This document shows, one piece after another, positions 17,983-27,207 of a stretch of 64,000 bases of DNA. How positions within the stretch are numbered: position 1 is the first letter of the stretch; the number at the start of each line of letters is the position of its first letter. A program made the translations under genes and the position numbers. Source of the DNA: Trueperaceae bacterium (lineage in GTDB: Bacteria > Deinococcota > Deinococci > Deinococcales > Trueperaceae); NCBI GenBank assembly GCA_034520945.1, contig JAXHNB010000001.1, forward strand, positions 96,001 to 160,000, given 5' to 3'. The notes below the pieces were generated by a model, which did not search any database, was not told the origin of the DNA, and saw only the letters and a list, made by a program, of their open reading frames with translations.

Positions 17983-19247
17983 GCCGCGTGGACCCGAATG
18001 CTCCTGACGCTCCTGGTGTGGGCGATCCTCGTGGTCGTGGCGGTGAGCGGCTGGCTGGACGCCGCCGCCGTGGCCGCACTGGCCCTGCCGGCCGCGTTCG
18101 TGGCCGGCAGGACGTTTCGCTGAACGGGTGGGATCGTCGGCGCCGTGGTCGCCTGGGCCCTGCTGCGTGCCGCCCAGGTCGAGGCCGGTGGGTCCTGGGT
18201 GCCGGCTGCATTCTCCCCAGGGCTCATGGAGCCCATGGCGCTCGTCGCCATGGGGTCGGCGGCGCCTGGGTGTCGTACCTGCAGGCACAGCTCGACTCGC
18301 AGCGGATTGCCTCGGCGAAAGCCCAGTACGATCCCCTCACCGGGCTCCTCAATCGCGCCGCCTTCGAAGCCAAGGTTCACGACGCGATGTCCGAGACCTA
18401 CGAGCGCGGCTCGATCCTCGCGCTCCTGTTCGTGGACCTCGACCGCTTCAAGTTCGTCAACGACACCTATGGCCACGAGGTCGGCGACAGGCTTCTGCGG
18501 CGTGTGGCCAAGATCCTGGGCGAGCATGTCCGCGAGCACGACCTGGTCGGGCGCCTGGGCGGCGACGAGTTCACCGTCGCCGTACCCGGCTCCGCGAGGA
18601 GGATTCCGCGCGGGCGGTGGCCCGCAAACTGGTGTCCGTGCTCAACGAGCCCCACCACATCGACGGCCGGATGGTGCACGTCAGCGCCAGCATCGGCGTC
18701 TCCATCTACCCGCGTGACGGCACCACCGTCGACGCCCTGCTCAAGAACGCCGATCACGCCATGTACCTGGTCAAGGAGGGCGGCAAGAACGGCGTCTTCG
18801 TGACCACGCTCGAATCGCAGCGTGTCAACGGTCGCCGGCTGGACCTCGAGAAGCAGCTGCGCGCGGCGCTCCAGGAGGACGAGTTCGAGCTTTACTACCA
18901 ACCGAAGGTCGACCTCCGCACCGGCGCGCCCGTCGGGGTCGAGATGCTGCTGCGCTGGCGCAACCGGGAGCTGGGTCTGGTCTCGCCGGAGGAGTTCATC
19001 CCCATGGCGGAGGAGACGGGACTCATCGTGCCCCTCGGGCAGTGGTTGATGCGGCAGGCCTGCCACCAGCTGCGCGACTGGGACCGGGCCGGGCTCCCGC
19101 CCGTGGAGTTGGCGGTCAACGTGTCCACGCTGCAGTTCCGCCAACCGGACTTTGTCGCCGCCGTCGAGGGCGCGCTGGACGACAGCGGCCTGCCGCCCGA
19201 CCGGTTGGAGATCGAGGTCACCGAGAGCGTGTTGATGCGCGAGCTAG
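17980..19247 (+). pseudogene. GGDEF-EAL protein copy 2: in-frame TGA at 18121, frameshifts near 18255 and 18588, EAL truncated by IS1380
   Basis: MAAWTRML TMs; YDPLTGLLNR, GGDEF; EML, LEIEVTESVLMRE, then the IS begins. The DDFGTGYSS half is missing. Confidence 0.85.
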
Positions 19248-20963
19248 CCCGCTTTATTCATGAGAGGCGCTGTTGGGCGGGTTTCGGGTGGGGTTGGGCG
19301 GCGTGAGCGGGGGGTCACGCTCGTCGGTGGGCGTGTCGGGGTTTCGTTGGTGGCATTGTGGGTGGTTCGGACGTCGTGAACGAGGTTCACGAGGCCTGAA
19401 GGGCCGCGTTGGGGCGTAGGGGGCCCTTCGGCGCCAGGGGTTGGCGTCGATCGTGGGGTCGAGGTTCGTTATTGGGGCTTCGGGGGTCGTTCAGGCGGTG
19501 CTGGTGGCTTGCAGGGCTCTGGCGACGTGCCGCCATTCCTGTTGCCAGGGGGCGTCCTGGGGGAGGTGCAGGACGATGCGGCGGGCGGAGGTCTTGATCC
19601 ACGCGCCGAGCTTGATGAGGCGCTCGCGGAGGGTGCCCGCGTACGCGCGGGCCAAGCTCGTGCCGGCCGCGTGCAGCCGGAGTTCCTGGTACAAGGCGTA
19701 CGCGGCGGTGTGCAGCAGCAGGCGGGCTTGGTTGGCGAGGAACCGCGTGCAACTGAGCCGGTCTGCGGCCAGGTGCTCCTGCAGTTCTTTCAGGCGGTTC
19801 TCCATGTCGCCGCGCTTGGCGTACATGCGGCGGTAGATCACTTCCGGATCGGCGCCTACGTTGGTGATGAGGAAGCGGGGGTTGTCCCGCGCCTCCCGCC
19901 CGGGATGCTGGGTGACTTCGGACTTGTACACGACCGTTCGTTCGTGCGGCCAGCTGCGCGTCTGGTAGGGGGGCGTGCCCGTAGCGGCGTTCGCTCTGCC
20001 CGCTCGCCGCGCTGGCCTGACGGGCGTCACGCATGCGGGGTTCCGCCAGGCGTTCCAACACCGGGTTCTTGGAAATCCCGACCACGTACTCCACGCCCTC
20101 TTCCTCGAGGAACGAGAAGATCTCGGGGAGGCGAACCCGCCGTCCAACCGCACCCGCAAGCGCGCCTTGGGGAACGCACCTCGGAGGCGCGCCAGGATGC
20201 GGCGCAACAACCCCGTCGCGCCCAGGGCGGGTGGCGCGTTGCCCTTCCGCAGGAGGCTCGTCAAGACGTACTGATCCCGTTCTTGCTCGAACTGCATGGA
20301 GGCAACCAACGGCAAGTAGCAGTGCTCCCCGTAAAACCCGTTGAACAACGCGCCCTGCTGCGCCCCGTGCGTGGGGTCGTCCGTGCCGTCCACATCGACC
20401 GTGATGCGTTTCGCCCGGCCCCGACGGTGGGCCCGGTGCCGTTCGATCACACCCTCGGCGAGGGCGACGCCCATCTCGAACACCTCCCGGCGCGTCACGC
20501 CGTTCTCGAACCGTGACAGCGTCGGTTGCGACGCGAGATCTGCTCCCCGTTCGGGGTCCCGGTCGACCACCAGCTTGTGCATGGGGTCGTGCCGCAACCT
20601 TGCGGCGTCGTTGCCGTCCTCGTACCCGCAGGCGATCCCGACCACCCGCTGGCGAAGCACGTCCCCAAACGAGTGCTGCACGCGCTCCGGGTCCCGCCGG
20701 TCCCTCAACACCGACGCCATCGCGGTCGTCAAGCCCAGCCGGTCGTCCGCGCCGCGAAGCAACACCGCCCCACCATCGCTGGTGCCGAGCGGCTGATCGA
20801 ACATCGCCACCAACGGCTTCGTGAACCACCCCTCGAACAACACAGGCTGTTGCGTGCTATCCTCGCGCATTAGAAGGCCTCCAACGTGTAGGAAGTTCGT
20901 GCCTCACACCCTTTCTACCACGTTCGAGGCCTTCACGTTTCCAACCCTCACGAATAATTCAGG
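19248..20963 (-). mobile_element. IS1380-family insertion sequence (1716 bp) flanked by CTAG on both sides
   Basis: Imperfect terminal IRs CCCGCTTTATTCATGAG / CCTGAATTATTCGTGAG (13 of 17 match); CTAG at 19244-19247 and 20964-20967. Confidence 0.88.
19491..20870 (-). CDS. IS1380-family DDE transposase with two compensating frameshifts (~20127 and ~19970)
   Basis: TSDGG, GYEDGNDA..LRHDP, LASQPTLSRFEN, DVDGTDDPTHGAQQ, RLDGGF, YAKRGDMENRLKE. The intervening segment PEIFSFLEEEGVEYVVG is in another frame. Confidence 0.88.
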   Translation of the reverse strand: MREDSTQQPVLFEGWFTKPLVAMFDQPLGTSDGGAVLLRGADDRLGLTTAMASVLRDRRDPERVQHSFGDVLRQRVVGIACGYEDGNDAARLRHDPMHKLVVDRDPERGADLASQPTLSRFENGVTRREVFEMGVALAEGVIERHRAHRRGRAKRITVDVDGTDDPTHGAQQGALFNGFYGEHCYLPLVASMQFEQERDQYVLTSLLRKGNAPPALGATGLLRRILARLRGAFPKARLRVRLDGGFASPRSSRSSRKRAWSTWSGFPRTRCWNAWRNPACVTPVRPARRAGRANAATGTPPYQTRSWPHERTVVYKSEVTQHPGREARDNPRFLITNVGADPEVIYRRMYAKRGDMENRLKELQEHLAADRLSCTRFLANQARLLLHTAAYALYQELRLHAAGTSLARAYAGTLRERLIKLGAWIKTSARRIVLHLPQDAPWQQEWRHVARALQATSTA

Positions 20964-21377
20964 CTAGGTGACGTGCCGAAGAGCGAGATCGTCGGATCCC
21001 GCCTCTTCACACGTGGGGATCACCAGTTCTCAAATTACCTCGCTACGCTCCCGGAGGACGAGCGCTGGCGGCGCTTCCCTTACAACACGACGGAACATCT
21101 GCTGAGGCACGTCCGCAACGACGTGATAGCGGCAGGGCTCGTGTGGCGCCCGGAATTCGATCACTACGTGGCGGAGAACGAGGCCACGGACCTTCGCGCC
21201 ATCGCCATGGATCCGCTTGCATCCGTGCAGCGCGACATCGGATTCGTGGTCCGTGAAGACGAACAGTACCTACGAACACTGCTCGACGAAGCGATCGTGA
21301 ACGTCATCGAGGCGGGCGTGATGGAGGAGCTTGTTGCAGAGCATGGCCCGCCTGGGGAGCCGGGAGCGCTCGAATGA
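20964..21377 (+). pseudogene. C-terminal fragment of a family-3 (MxaJ-like) substrate-binding protein; 5' part lost at the IS
   Basis: LGDVPKSEIVGSRLFTRGDHQF...WRRFPY...LRTLLDEAI aligns by eye with the C-half of 29643-30530 (VGTRMLSQGDLEF...LRRIPY...LRASVDEAL). Confidence 0.75.
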
Positions 21378-21465
21378 CGTCCGCGAGACGCGTCCAGGCA
21401 GGCGCGGCGGCACCCAGCACACGTCGCGTGGCGACGTGGGGCCGAAAAGGTAAACTGGCGCCACC

Positions 21466-22074
21466 ATGTTCTTCCTGAGTCTCCAGCAGGTCCTCCTCAA
21501 TATCGTGGCGGCCGGCGTAGTCGGTAGCGTTTACGGTTTCACGGCGGCAGCCATGGCGGCGGCGCTCGGAGACTACGGACCGAAGCGGGACGGGCGCAGG
21601 ACGGTGAGCCCTATTAGCCACTTCGGTGCCCTCGGCTTCCTCGCCATGATGTTGTTCCGAATGGGCTGGATCCGGCCGGTCGACGTGCGCCCAAAGGAGG
21701 CTCGCGCAGGCCGTTGGGCGCCCGTGGGTGTTGTCGCCGGCGGCATGGCCGCCTTGTTGCTACTGGCGTTCGCGGCCAACGCGCTGCGGCCGGTGGCGTT
21801 GCAGCTTCTCTCTGGCAACGCGGGACTCACGGTCTCGGCGGCGCTGAACACCATCGTCATGACCTCGCTGGGGACCGCGGTACTGAACCTCTTGCCGCTG
21901 CCGCCGCTGGCCGGCGGGTTGCTTTGGCGTACGGTGCACACCACAACTGCACAGCGGCTCGAGTCTATCGCGCGTTACATCGCCATTGCCGTCTTCGTGG
22001 TCCTCGTTACGAGCGGTGCTGTGGGCGTCCTGAACGAGTGGCGGACCGCGTTGCGCGCGTGGTTGGGAATGTAG
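21466..22074 (+). CDS. Site-2 protease (M50)-like membrane protein with degenerate catalytic motifs
   Basis: ALGD.GPK.DGR.T.SP..H and NLLPLPPLAGG (canonical NLLPxPPLDG); no HExxH. Confidence 0.7.
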   Translation: MFFLSLQQVLLNIVAAGVVGSVYGFTAAAMAAALGDYGPKRDGRRTVSPISHFGALGFLAMMLFRMGWIRPVDVRPKEARAGRWAPVGVVAGGMAALLLLAFAANALRPVALQLLSGNAGLTVSAALNTIVMTSLGTAVLNLLPLPPLAGGLLWRTVHTTTAQRLESIARYIAIAVFVVLVTSGAVGVLNEWRTALRAWLGM

Positions 22075-25000
22075 GTCTCCGGAACGGTCGCGCCCACCAA
22101 CGTGGTGCGTAGCGCTCGGCCAAGGCGGAAAGCAGTGCAGCCAATGCCAATAGAGCCCAAGGTATAACGCTGGGCGACCAGCGCCACGTCGTGTCGCCCA
22201 GCGCAGGAACGGTCGGCGTTTCCCCTTCGGCGAGACGCCGACCGCCCGTGGCGTCTGCCACTGCCGTCAGTAGCGGGGAAGTGCGATCAAAGCTCGCCGG
22301 TGCAGCCAGGGACGCCACGACGTAGCGGGCGGACGTGCCAAGTCGTTCGCCACGATCGGAAAACGCGAGTTGATAATCGCCGGGCGGCGCCAGAACATCG
22401 GCCTGGTACTCGCCGGGCGCCGTTCGGTGCATGGGCGCTGCCTGGCTCTGGCCGGGACCAGCCACGTTCACGACGGGGTCCTGGAGTCCCCCAGAAGCTT
22501 GCGCGTCCCGGGCGACCAGGGTGACGCGCAGACGATCCCCGTGGCGTTCCACGCGAGCGTCCAGGGGCGTCGGGGAGCTGGCACGCGTGGTCCAGCGTGA
22601 AGCCTGCGTCCACCAGCGCGGGTAGGCCCCTCGGGCTTGCCACTGGGTGGCCCAGGGGCCGACCGCCTCGCTCGTGAACGCCACGACGTGGCCGAGGCCG
22701 TGGCGCCAACTCGCCAGCACGGGCGCATCGTCGGGCCCACGGAGGTGCACATTGGCCTCGTCCTTGGCGGTCGTTTCCACGTATCCCCCGAGCGTGGGCG
22801 GCGGGTCGGGCCACCCCTCGAGGAAGGACGCCTCACGATCAGCCCAGCGAGGTTCGAAGGGCTCGTCGTGGACGGGCGACTGCGACAGGAGCAGCGCCTC
22901 CTGCGCGAGGATGCCTGGAAGGGCGCGAAAGTCGGAACTTGCGTGCGCCGTGCCGCTCCCCATCTCTGCGAGTCGCGCTAACCGGCTGGTATCCGCGCCG
23001 CGGCCGATGGCGACGGTACTCACGGTGATGTCGTCGTTGGCGGCACGTGCCAGCAGGTCGTCGAACGGGCCGGGCTGGGACAGACCGTCACTGAGGACCA
23101 CCATGTGGCGTGCTGCGGAGTCAGACTGCTGGAGCAGCTCCATGCCCAATTCGACGCCAGGATAGATGGCCGTGCCACCTCCGGGCGTAAGGGGAGCGAG
23201 GCTAGCGCGTATCGCTTCGAGGTTCTCGACACGGCGCAAGGGGCTAACGACAGCGGCCTCGGCGTCAAATGCCACGATGCCCGCTAGGCTTTCTTCGCCG
23301 AGGAGGGAGATCGCGGACAACGTGGCATCCTTCGCCAATGCCAAGCGGGACCCATCCCCGACTGTCTGTTGCATGCTCCCGGAGCGGTCCAACACGAAAA
23401 CGATCGACACCTCGGGTGCGTCGCGCTCGATTCGGCTCGACAGAGGCGAAACGCGATCCAGGGCCGTTTCGTAATACCCGCCGGGCCCAAAGCTCGTCCG
23501 TCCGCCGAGCATCAAGGCGCCGCCTCCCTGGTCCTGTACGAACGTTTCGATGGCGATGCGTTGGTCGGGCTGGAGGGCGCCGGCGGGCAGATTGAGAAGG
23601 ATGACCCCGTCCCACGCCTGCCACTCGGCGGCGTCAAAGGGAGTGCGATGGGGCGGGGTTACCGTCGTATCGATGCCCTGCAGCTCGAGGGCGTCCGCGA
23701 GCGTGGCGCCGGATTCCGGCAGCGTCGTGACGATGCGTATCCGCGGCGCCGCGGATACGTTGACCGTCGAGGCGGCCACATTGTTGGCCGCGTTCACGTC
23801 TTCCTCCGCGACAAGGCGCAGGTGGTAGGTGACACCCCCCGTTTCTTCCTCGTAGACCGGGACGGTCACCATGCTCCGTCCGTCGGGGAGGTCGATCGTG
23901 CGCTCCATGGCGACTTCGCCCTCGCGTTCCAGGCGCAAGGTGGCCGTTGTGGCTTGGCGGGACCATACGTGCGCGGTGAGCTGCGCTGGGGCTCCGGCGC
24001 GCACACGCGAAGGCGCCAATAGGCGTTGGACCGCCACGTCGGCCGAATCTGGTATTGCGGGCTGGCGGAAGAAGACGGGAAGCGGTGCGGCGGTCGACGC
24101 CGACGACGCGCTAGCCACGAGGACCCTCCCCGTCGTCGGCGGGGAAGCATCTTCGAGGACGATTGCGCCCGATCGGTGCGGTGGCACGGCCGCAGCAGCG
24201 AACCGCAAGGCTTCGGGCACGTCGTTCACGCCCGGAGGGGCAAACGTATCCGCAGGCAGGTTCACAACTCGCGCCCCGTCATCGGTGGTGCCGGCGTCCC
24301 CTGCGATGTCACCGTCGTTGCCGGTGACGCGGACCAGGTAGCGTTCGTCGAGCGGGCCCGGCAGGGGGGCGTCGACCAGGGCCAGCACGGTGCCTGCCAG
24401 CGCCAGCACGGTGAGGCTCGCGATCCAGGCGCCCCGCATCCGCTGTCCCGGTGGAACGCGTTGCCCGGTCTGAGCGCGATGGCGACGCCACGCCGCATAG
24501 GCGAGGAGCGCCTCCACGGCCACGACAACTGCCGCCATCGACCATAACCACGTAGACGGGGCAGCGGCGGAAGCGATCGCCGGGGCGTCGTCGACGACGT
24601 CCGACGCGGGTAGCGTCTCGAGGTGGGTGCCCGAGAGGACGGGAACGAAGCGTTCACTCGTTCCCTCCGCGGACACCGTGTGCACCCCCGCGCGGACCGG
24701 GACGAAGGCCGGTGGCTCGGGTGCGAACGCCTCGGTTGATCCCGGGATGCGCAGCGGAATTCCTGTCGGGTCCACAACGGTTTCGCCCGGTCGGTCGAGG
24801 ACGCACGCGACGCCGACGGTACAGGCTGTGAACGACTCCGTGGGGGGGGCCAGCCAATCCAGGACGGCGGCGGTGAACGCTGGCAGGGCAGCACTCGACG
24901 GACCCTCCAGGGCACTACCCGCGAACGAGGTGACAAGTTGCCGGCCGCTCGTACCGCCATGGCGTACTTGCAGGACGGGACCACGTCCGCCATGTACCAG

Positions 25001-26335
25001 CGTCTGGGCCCCCTCGAGTTGCGCAACTGCTTCACCTTCGAATTCGCCGAGGTCATGCCACGCCACGGGGCGTGTAAGGGCATGCACGGGCTCCCAGGCG
25101 GTAATCCGATCGACGACACGCTGGCCTTCGCTATCAGGAGGTGCCGTGCCCGCGAACCAGGTGGGAACACTGGGCATGCGGTCCAAGGGCCGCAGCGCGA
25201 GGACGGCATCGACGCCGTCGAGATCTGCGGGAAGAGTTTCGCTCCGGCGAAGATTTGTGTCCTGCAATGCCTCTAGGGCACGTGCGAACGACGGTTCGGG
25301 CGTGCCCACAACTAGGAGGCGGCGTTGCGGTGGATCGTGGTGCAGGCGAGCGATGGCCTCGTCGTCGCTGTTCCACCCGGGCAGTCCCACGCCATCGTCC
25401 GGAGGCACGAGGCGGCTCCTGAGCAAGCCCGGTCCGGGGAGGCGCAACTCGGCTTCGATGGTTGTGACGCCGTCGTCGTCGAGCCTCACCGTGCGGCGCT
25501 CCCAATCCAGGAACGAACCCGTTCCCTCCGGCTGGAACGCGAAGGCGAGGGCCGACTCCTCAGGAACGTCCCCGCGCGCATCGACGCTCACCGTCACGTT
25601 CCACGGCTGACCGTCAGCTTGTGGCTCCGCGGCGTTGCGTGGTCCTTCCGGACCCGCGGCGGGCCGCGCCTCGAAGCGCGCGATGCCCAAGTTGCTGTCG
25701 TGACCGTCGAACGACGTGTAGGCCGCGTCCATGTCGTGCGCGGCCAAGGCCTCCCGTGCGGCGTCGGCGTCGTCGGTAAGGACCCATACGCGCGTCTCCT
25801 GGTCGCTCTTCAGCCTCCGGGCGGCGAGTGCCGACGCGGCGTCCCAGTCGGATCGCTGGGCGTACGGAGCCGACAGGGCCGTATCCAAGCGGTCGCGCAC
25901 GTCGCGCCAATCAGAGAAGGACATTGCAAGTGGCGTGGGCTCAGCACCGACCGCCACGACGGTCCATGTGCCGCCGTTCCCCACGGCGTCCAAGAGGCGT
26001 TCCCGTGCCTTCTGGAGGTTGGCTTCGCCGGTGCTTCCGGCCCCCATGCTCGCGGATACGTCCATCAGGACGAGGGTGGCGGGATCGGTCTCCTCGGTCA
26101 TGCGGGGCTCCGCCAAGGCGAGTGCGATCAGTGCTACCGCCAGGAGTTGGAGCAGGAGGGGTACGGTGGGCCGGGGTGGCCGCCAGTTCGCGGCCGGCGC
26201 CGTGCCCTCGGCCACGCGTCGCCACAGGACGAGGCTGGGGACGGGCATCGTGTGTCGCCGACGCATGTGCAGTGCGAGGACGACGGCTGCCGCGACTGCG
26301 CCGGCCAACAGCCACCAGGGTTGCGCCAGGATCAC
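22007..26335 (-). CDS. Large membrane-anchored BatA/VWA-domain protein (1442 aa)
   Basis: N-terminal BatA-like segment (LLLQLLAVALIALALAEP); MIDAS motifs DVSASM and DRSGSM, LSDG; internal and C-terminal TMs. Confidence 0.85.
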   Translation of the reverse strand: MILAQPWWLLAGAVAAAVVLALHMRRRHTMPVPSLVLWRRVAEGTAPAANWRPPRPTVPLLLQLLAVALIALALAEPRMTEETDPATLVLMDVSASMGAGSTGEANLQKARERLLDAVGNGGTWTVVAVGAEPTPLAMSFSDWRDVRDRLDTALSAPYAQRSDWDAASALAARRLKSDQETRVWVLTDDADAAREALAAHDMDAAYTSFDGHDSNLGIARFEARPAAGPEGPRNAAEPQADGQPWNVTVSVDARGDVPEESALAFAFQPEGTGSFLDWERRTVRLDDDGVTTIEAELRLPGPGLLRSRLVPPDDGVGLPGWNSDDEAIARLHHDPPQRRLLVVGTPEPSFARALEALQDTNLRRSETLPADLDGVDAVLALRPLDRMPSVPTWFAGTAPPDSEGQRVVDRITAWEPVHALTRPVAWHDLGEFEGEAVAQLEGAQTLVHGGRGPVLQVRHGGTSGRQLVTSFAGSALEGPSSAALPAFTAAVLDWLAPPTESFTACTVGVACVLDRPGETVVDPTGIPLRIPGSTEAFAPEPPAFVPVRAGVHTVSAEGTSERFVPVLSGTHLETLPASDVVDDAPAIASAAAPSTWLWSMAAVVVAVEALLAYAAWRRHRAQTGQRVPPGQRMRGAWIASLTVLALAGTVLALVDAPLPGPLDERYLVRVTGNDGDIAGDAGTTDDGARVVNLPADTFAPPGVNDVPEALRFAAAAVPPHRSGAIVLEDASPPTTGRVLVASASSASTAAPLPVFFRQPAIPDSADVAVQRLLAPSRVRAGAPAQLTAHVWSRQATTATLRLEREGEVAMERTIDLPDGRSMVTVPVYEEETGGVTYHLRLVAEEDVNAANNVAASTVNVSAAPRIRIVTTLPESGATLADALELQGIDTTVTPPHRTPFDAAEWQAWDGVILLNLPAGALQPDQRIAIETFVQDQGGGALMLGGRTSFGPGGYYETALDRVSPLSSRIERDAPEVSIVFVLDRSGSMQQTVGDGSRLALAKDATLSAISLLGEESLAGIVAFDAEAAVVSPLRRVENLEAIRASLAPLTPGGGTAIYPGVELGMELLQQSDSAARHMVVLSDGLSQPGPFDDLLARAANDDITVSTVAIGRGADTSRLARLAEMGSGTAHASSDFRALPGILAQEALLLSQSPVHDEPFEPRWADREASFLEGWPDPPPTLGGYVETTAKDEANVHLRGPDDAPVLASWRHGLGHVVAFTSEAVGPWATQWQARGAYPRWWTQASRWTTRASSPTPLDARVERHGDRLRVTLVARDAQASGGLQDPVVNVAGPGQSQAAPMHRTAPGEYQADVLAPPGDYQLAFSDRGERLGTSARYVVASLAAPASFDRTSPLLTAVADATGGRRLAEGETPTVPALGDTTWRWSPSVIPWALLALAALLSALAERYAPRWWARPFRRPTFPTTRATRSATRSGRPQHRS

Positions 26336-27207
26336 CGCAGGAGCCCCTCCCGGACGAAGTCGTGTAGGAACACGGAGCGCAGCGACGCGTCGGAGCGGAG
26401 GGGGACGAAGTGGTTGCCGAAGGAGGCTAGACTTTCGCGCAACTCCCGTTGGAAGCGGTCCAGTTCCTCGCGATAGCGTTGAAGGACGTCGTCCCGGACC
26501 GCGAGTTCGAGCATCGATCCGCTCTCGCTGTCCACCATGCGTACGTCACCCTCACGCAGGTCGGGGTCGATCTCGCCGGTATCGAGGACCTGGATTGCGA
26601 CGACCTGCGGCCCATGGGCTGCCAGGGTGGCGAGACCGGCATCGGAGCGTTCGCTCAGGAAGTCGCTCACGATGATGAGGAGGCCCTCGGTGGGGAGTTG
26701 GGGGAGGGCTACCTCGAGGGCCTCCTCGAGGTCGAGGTGCCCCGATGGCTCGCGTTCCTCGAGCCAGGCCGAGAGCTCGTGGAAGCGGTGCGTGCCACTG
26801 AATCGTCGCGACGCTTGCAGGGACCCCGACCCGACGACGCCAACCGTCACGCGATCTGAACCTGCGAGCCCGGCACATGCGAGCCCGGCCGCGACGCGCG
26901 TGGCGAACACGAACTTGTTGGGCGTCCCGAAGTCCATGGATGCGGTGCCATCGACGAGGAGGACCACGTCCAACTGTCGTTCCGGATGGAACTGACGGAC
27001 GACGGGCTGCCGCAGGCGGCTGTAGACCGACACGTCCAGGTGCCGCATGTCGTCACCCGGTTGGTAGCCACGGTGGTCCGCGAACTCGAGGCCGGCGCCT
27101 TTGTCGCGTGAGACACGCTCCCCGATCCCATGGATCGACCGTGCGCCCAGGGCGTTGAGCCGTGCTTGCGTCAATGCCTCGCGCAGGTCGGCGGGCAACA
27201 GGCTCAC
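26332..27207 (-). CDS. DUF58 family protein (MoxR-associated)
   Basis: GLEFADHRGYQPGDDMRHLD, DGTASMDFG, IVSDFL. Confidence 0.9.
   Translation of the reverse strand: MSLLPADLREALTQARLNALGARSIHGIGERVSRDKGAGLEFADHRGYQPGDDMRHLDVSVYSRLRQPVVRQFHPERQLDVVLLVDGTASMDFGTPNKFVFATRVAAGLACAGLAGSDRVTVGVVGSGSLQASRRFSGTHRFHELSAWLEEREPSGHLDLEEALEVALPQLPTEGLLIIVSDFLSERSDAGLATLAAHGPQVVAIQVLDTGEIDPDLREGDVRMVDSESGSMLELAVRDDVLQRYREELDRFQRELRESLASFGNHFVPLRSDASLRSVFLHDFVREGLLR

Noticed and set aside
18121..18123. In-frame TGA as selenocysteine or programmed readthrough
   Set aside because: It lies in a TM region with no Cys at the matching paralog position and sits among other lesions. Mutation or consensus error is simpler.
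19960..20135. Programmed frameshifting in the IS1380 transposase
   Set aside because: There are two opposite, compensating indels in G/C runs. IS1380 transposases are single ORFs, and this pattern is typical of sequencing error.
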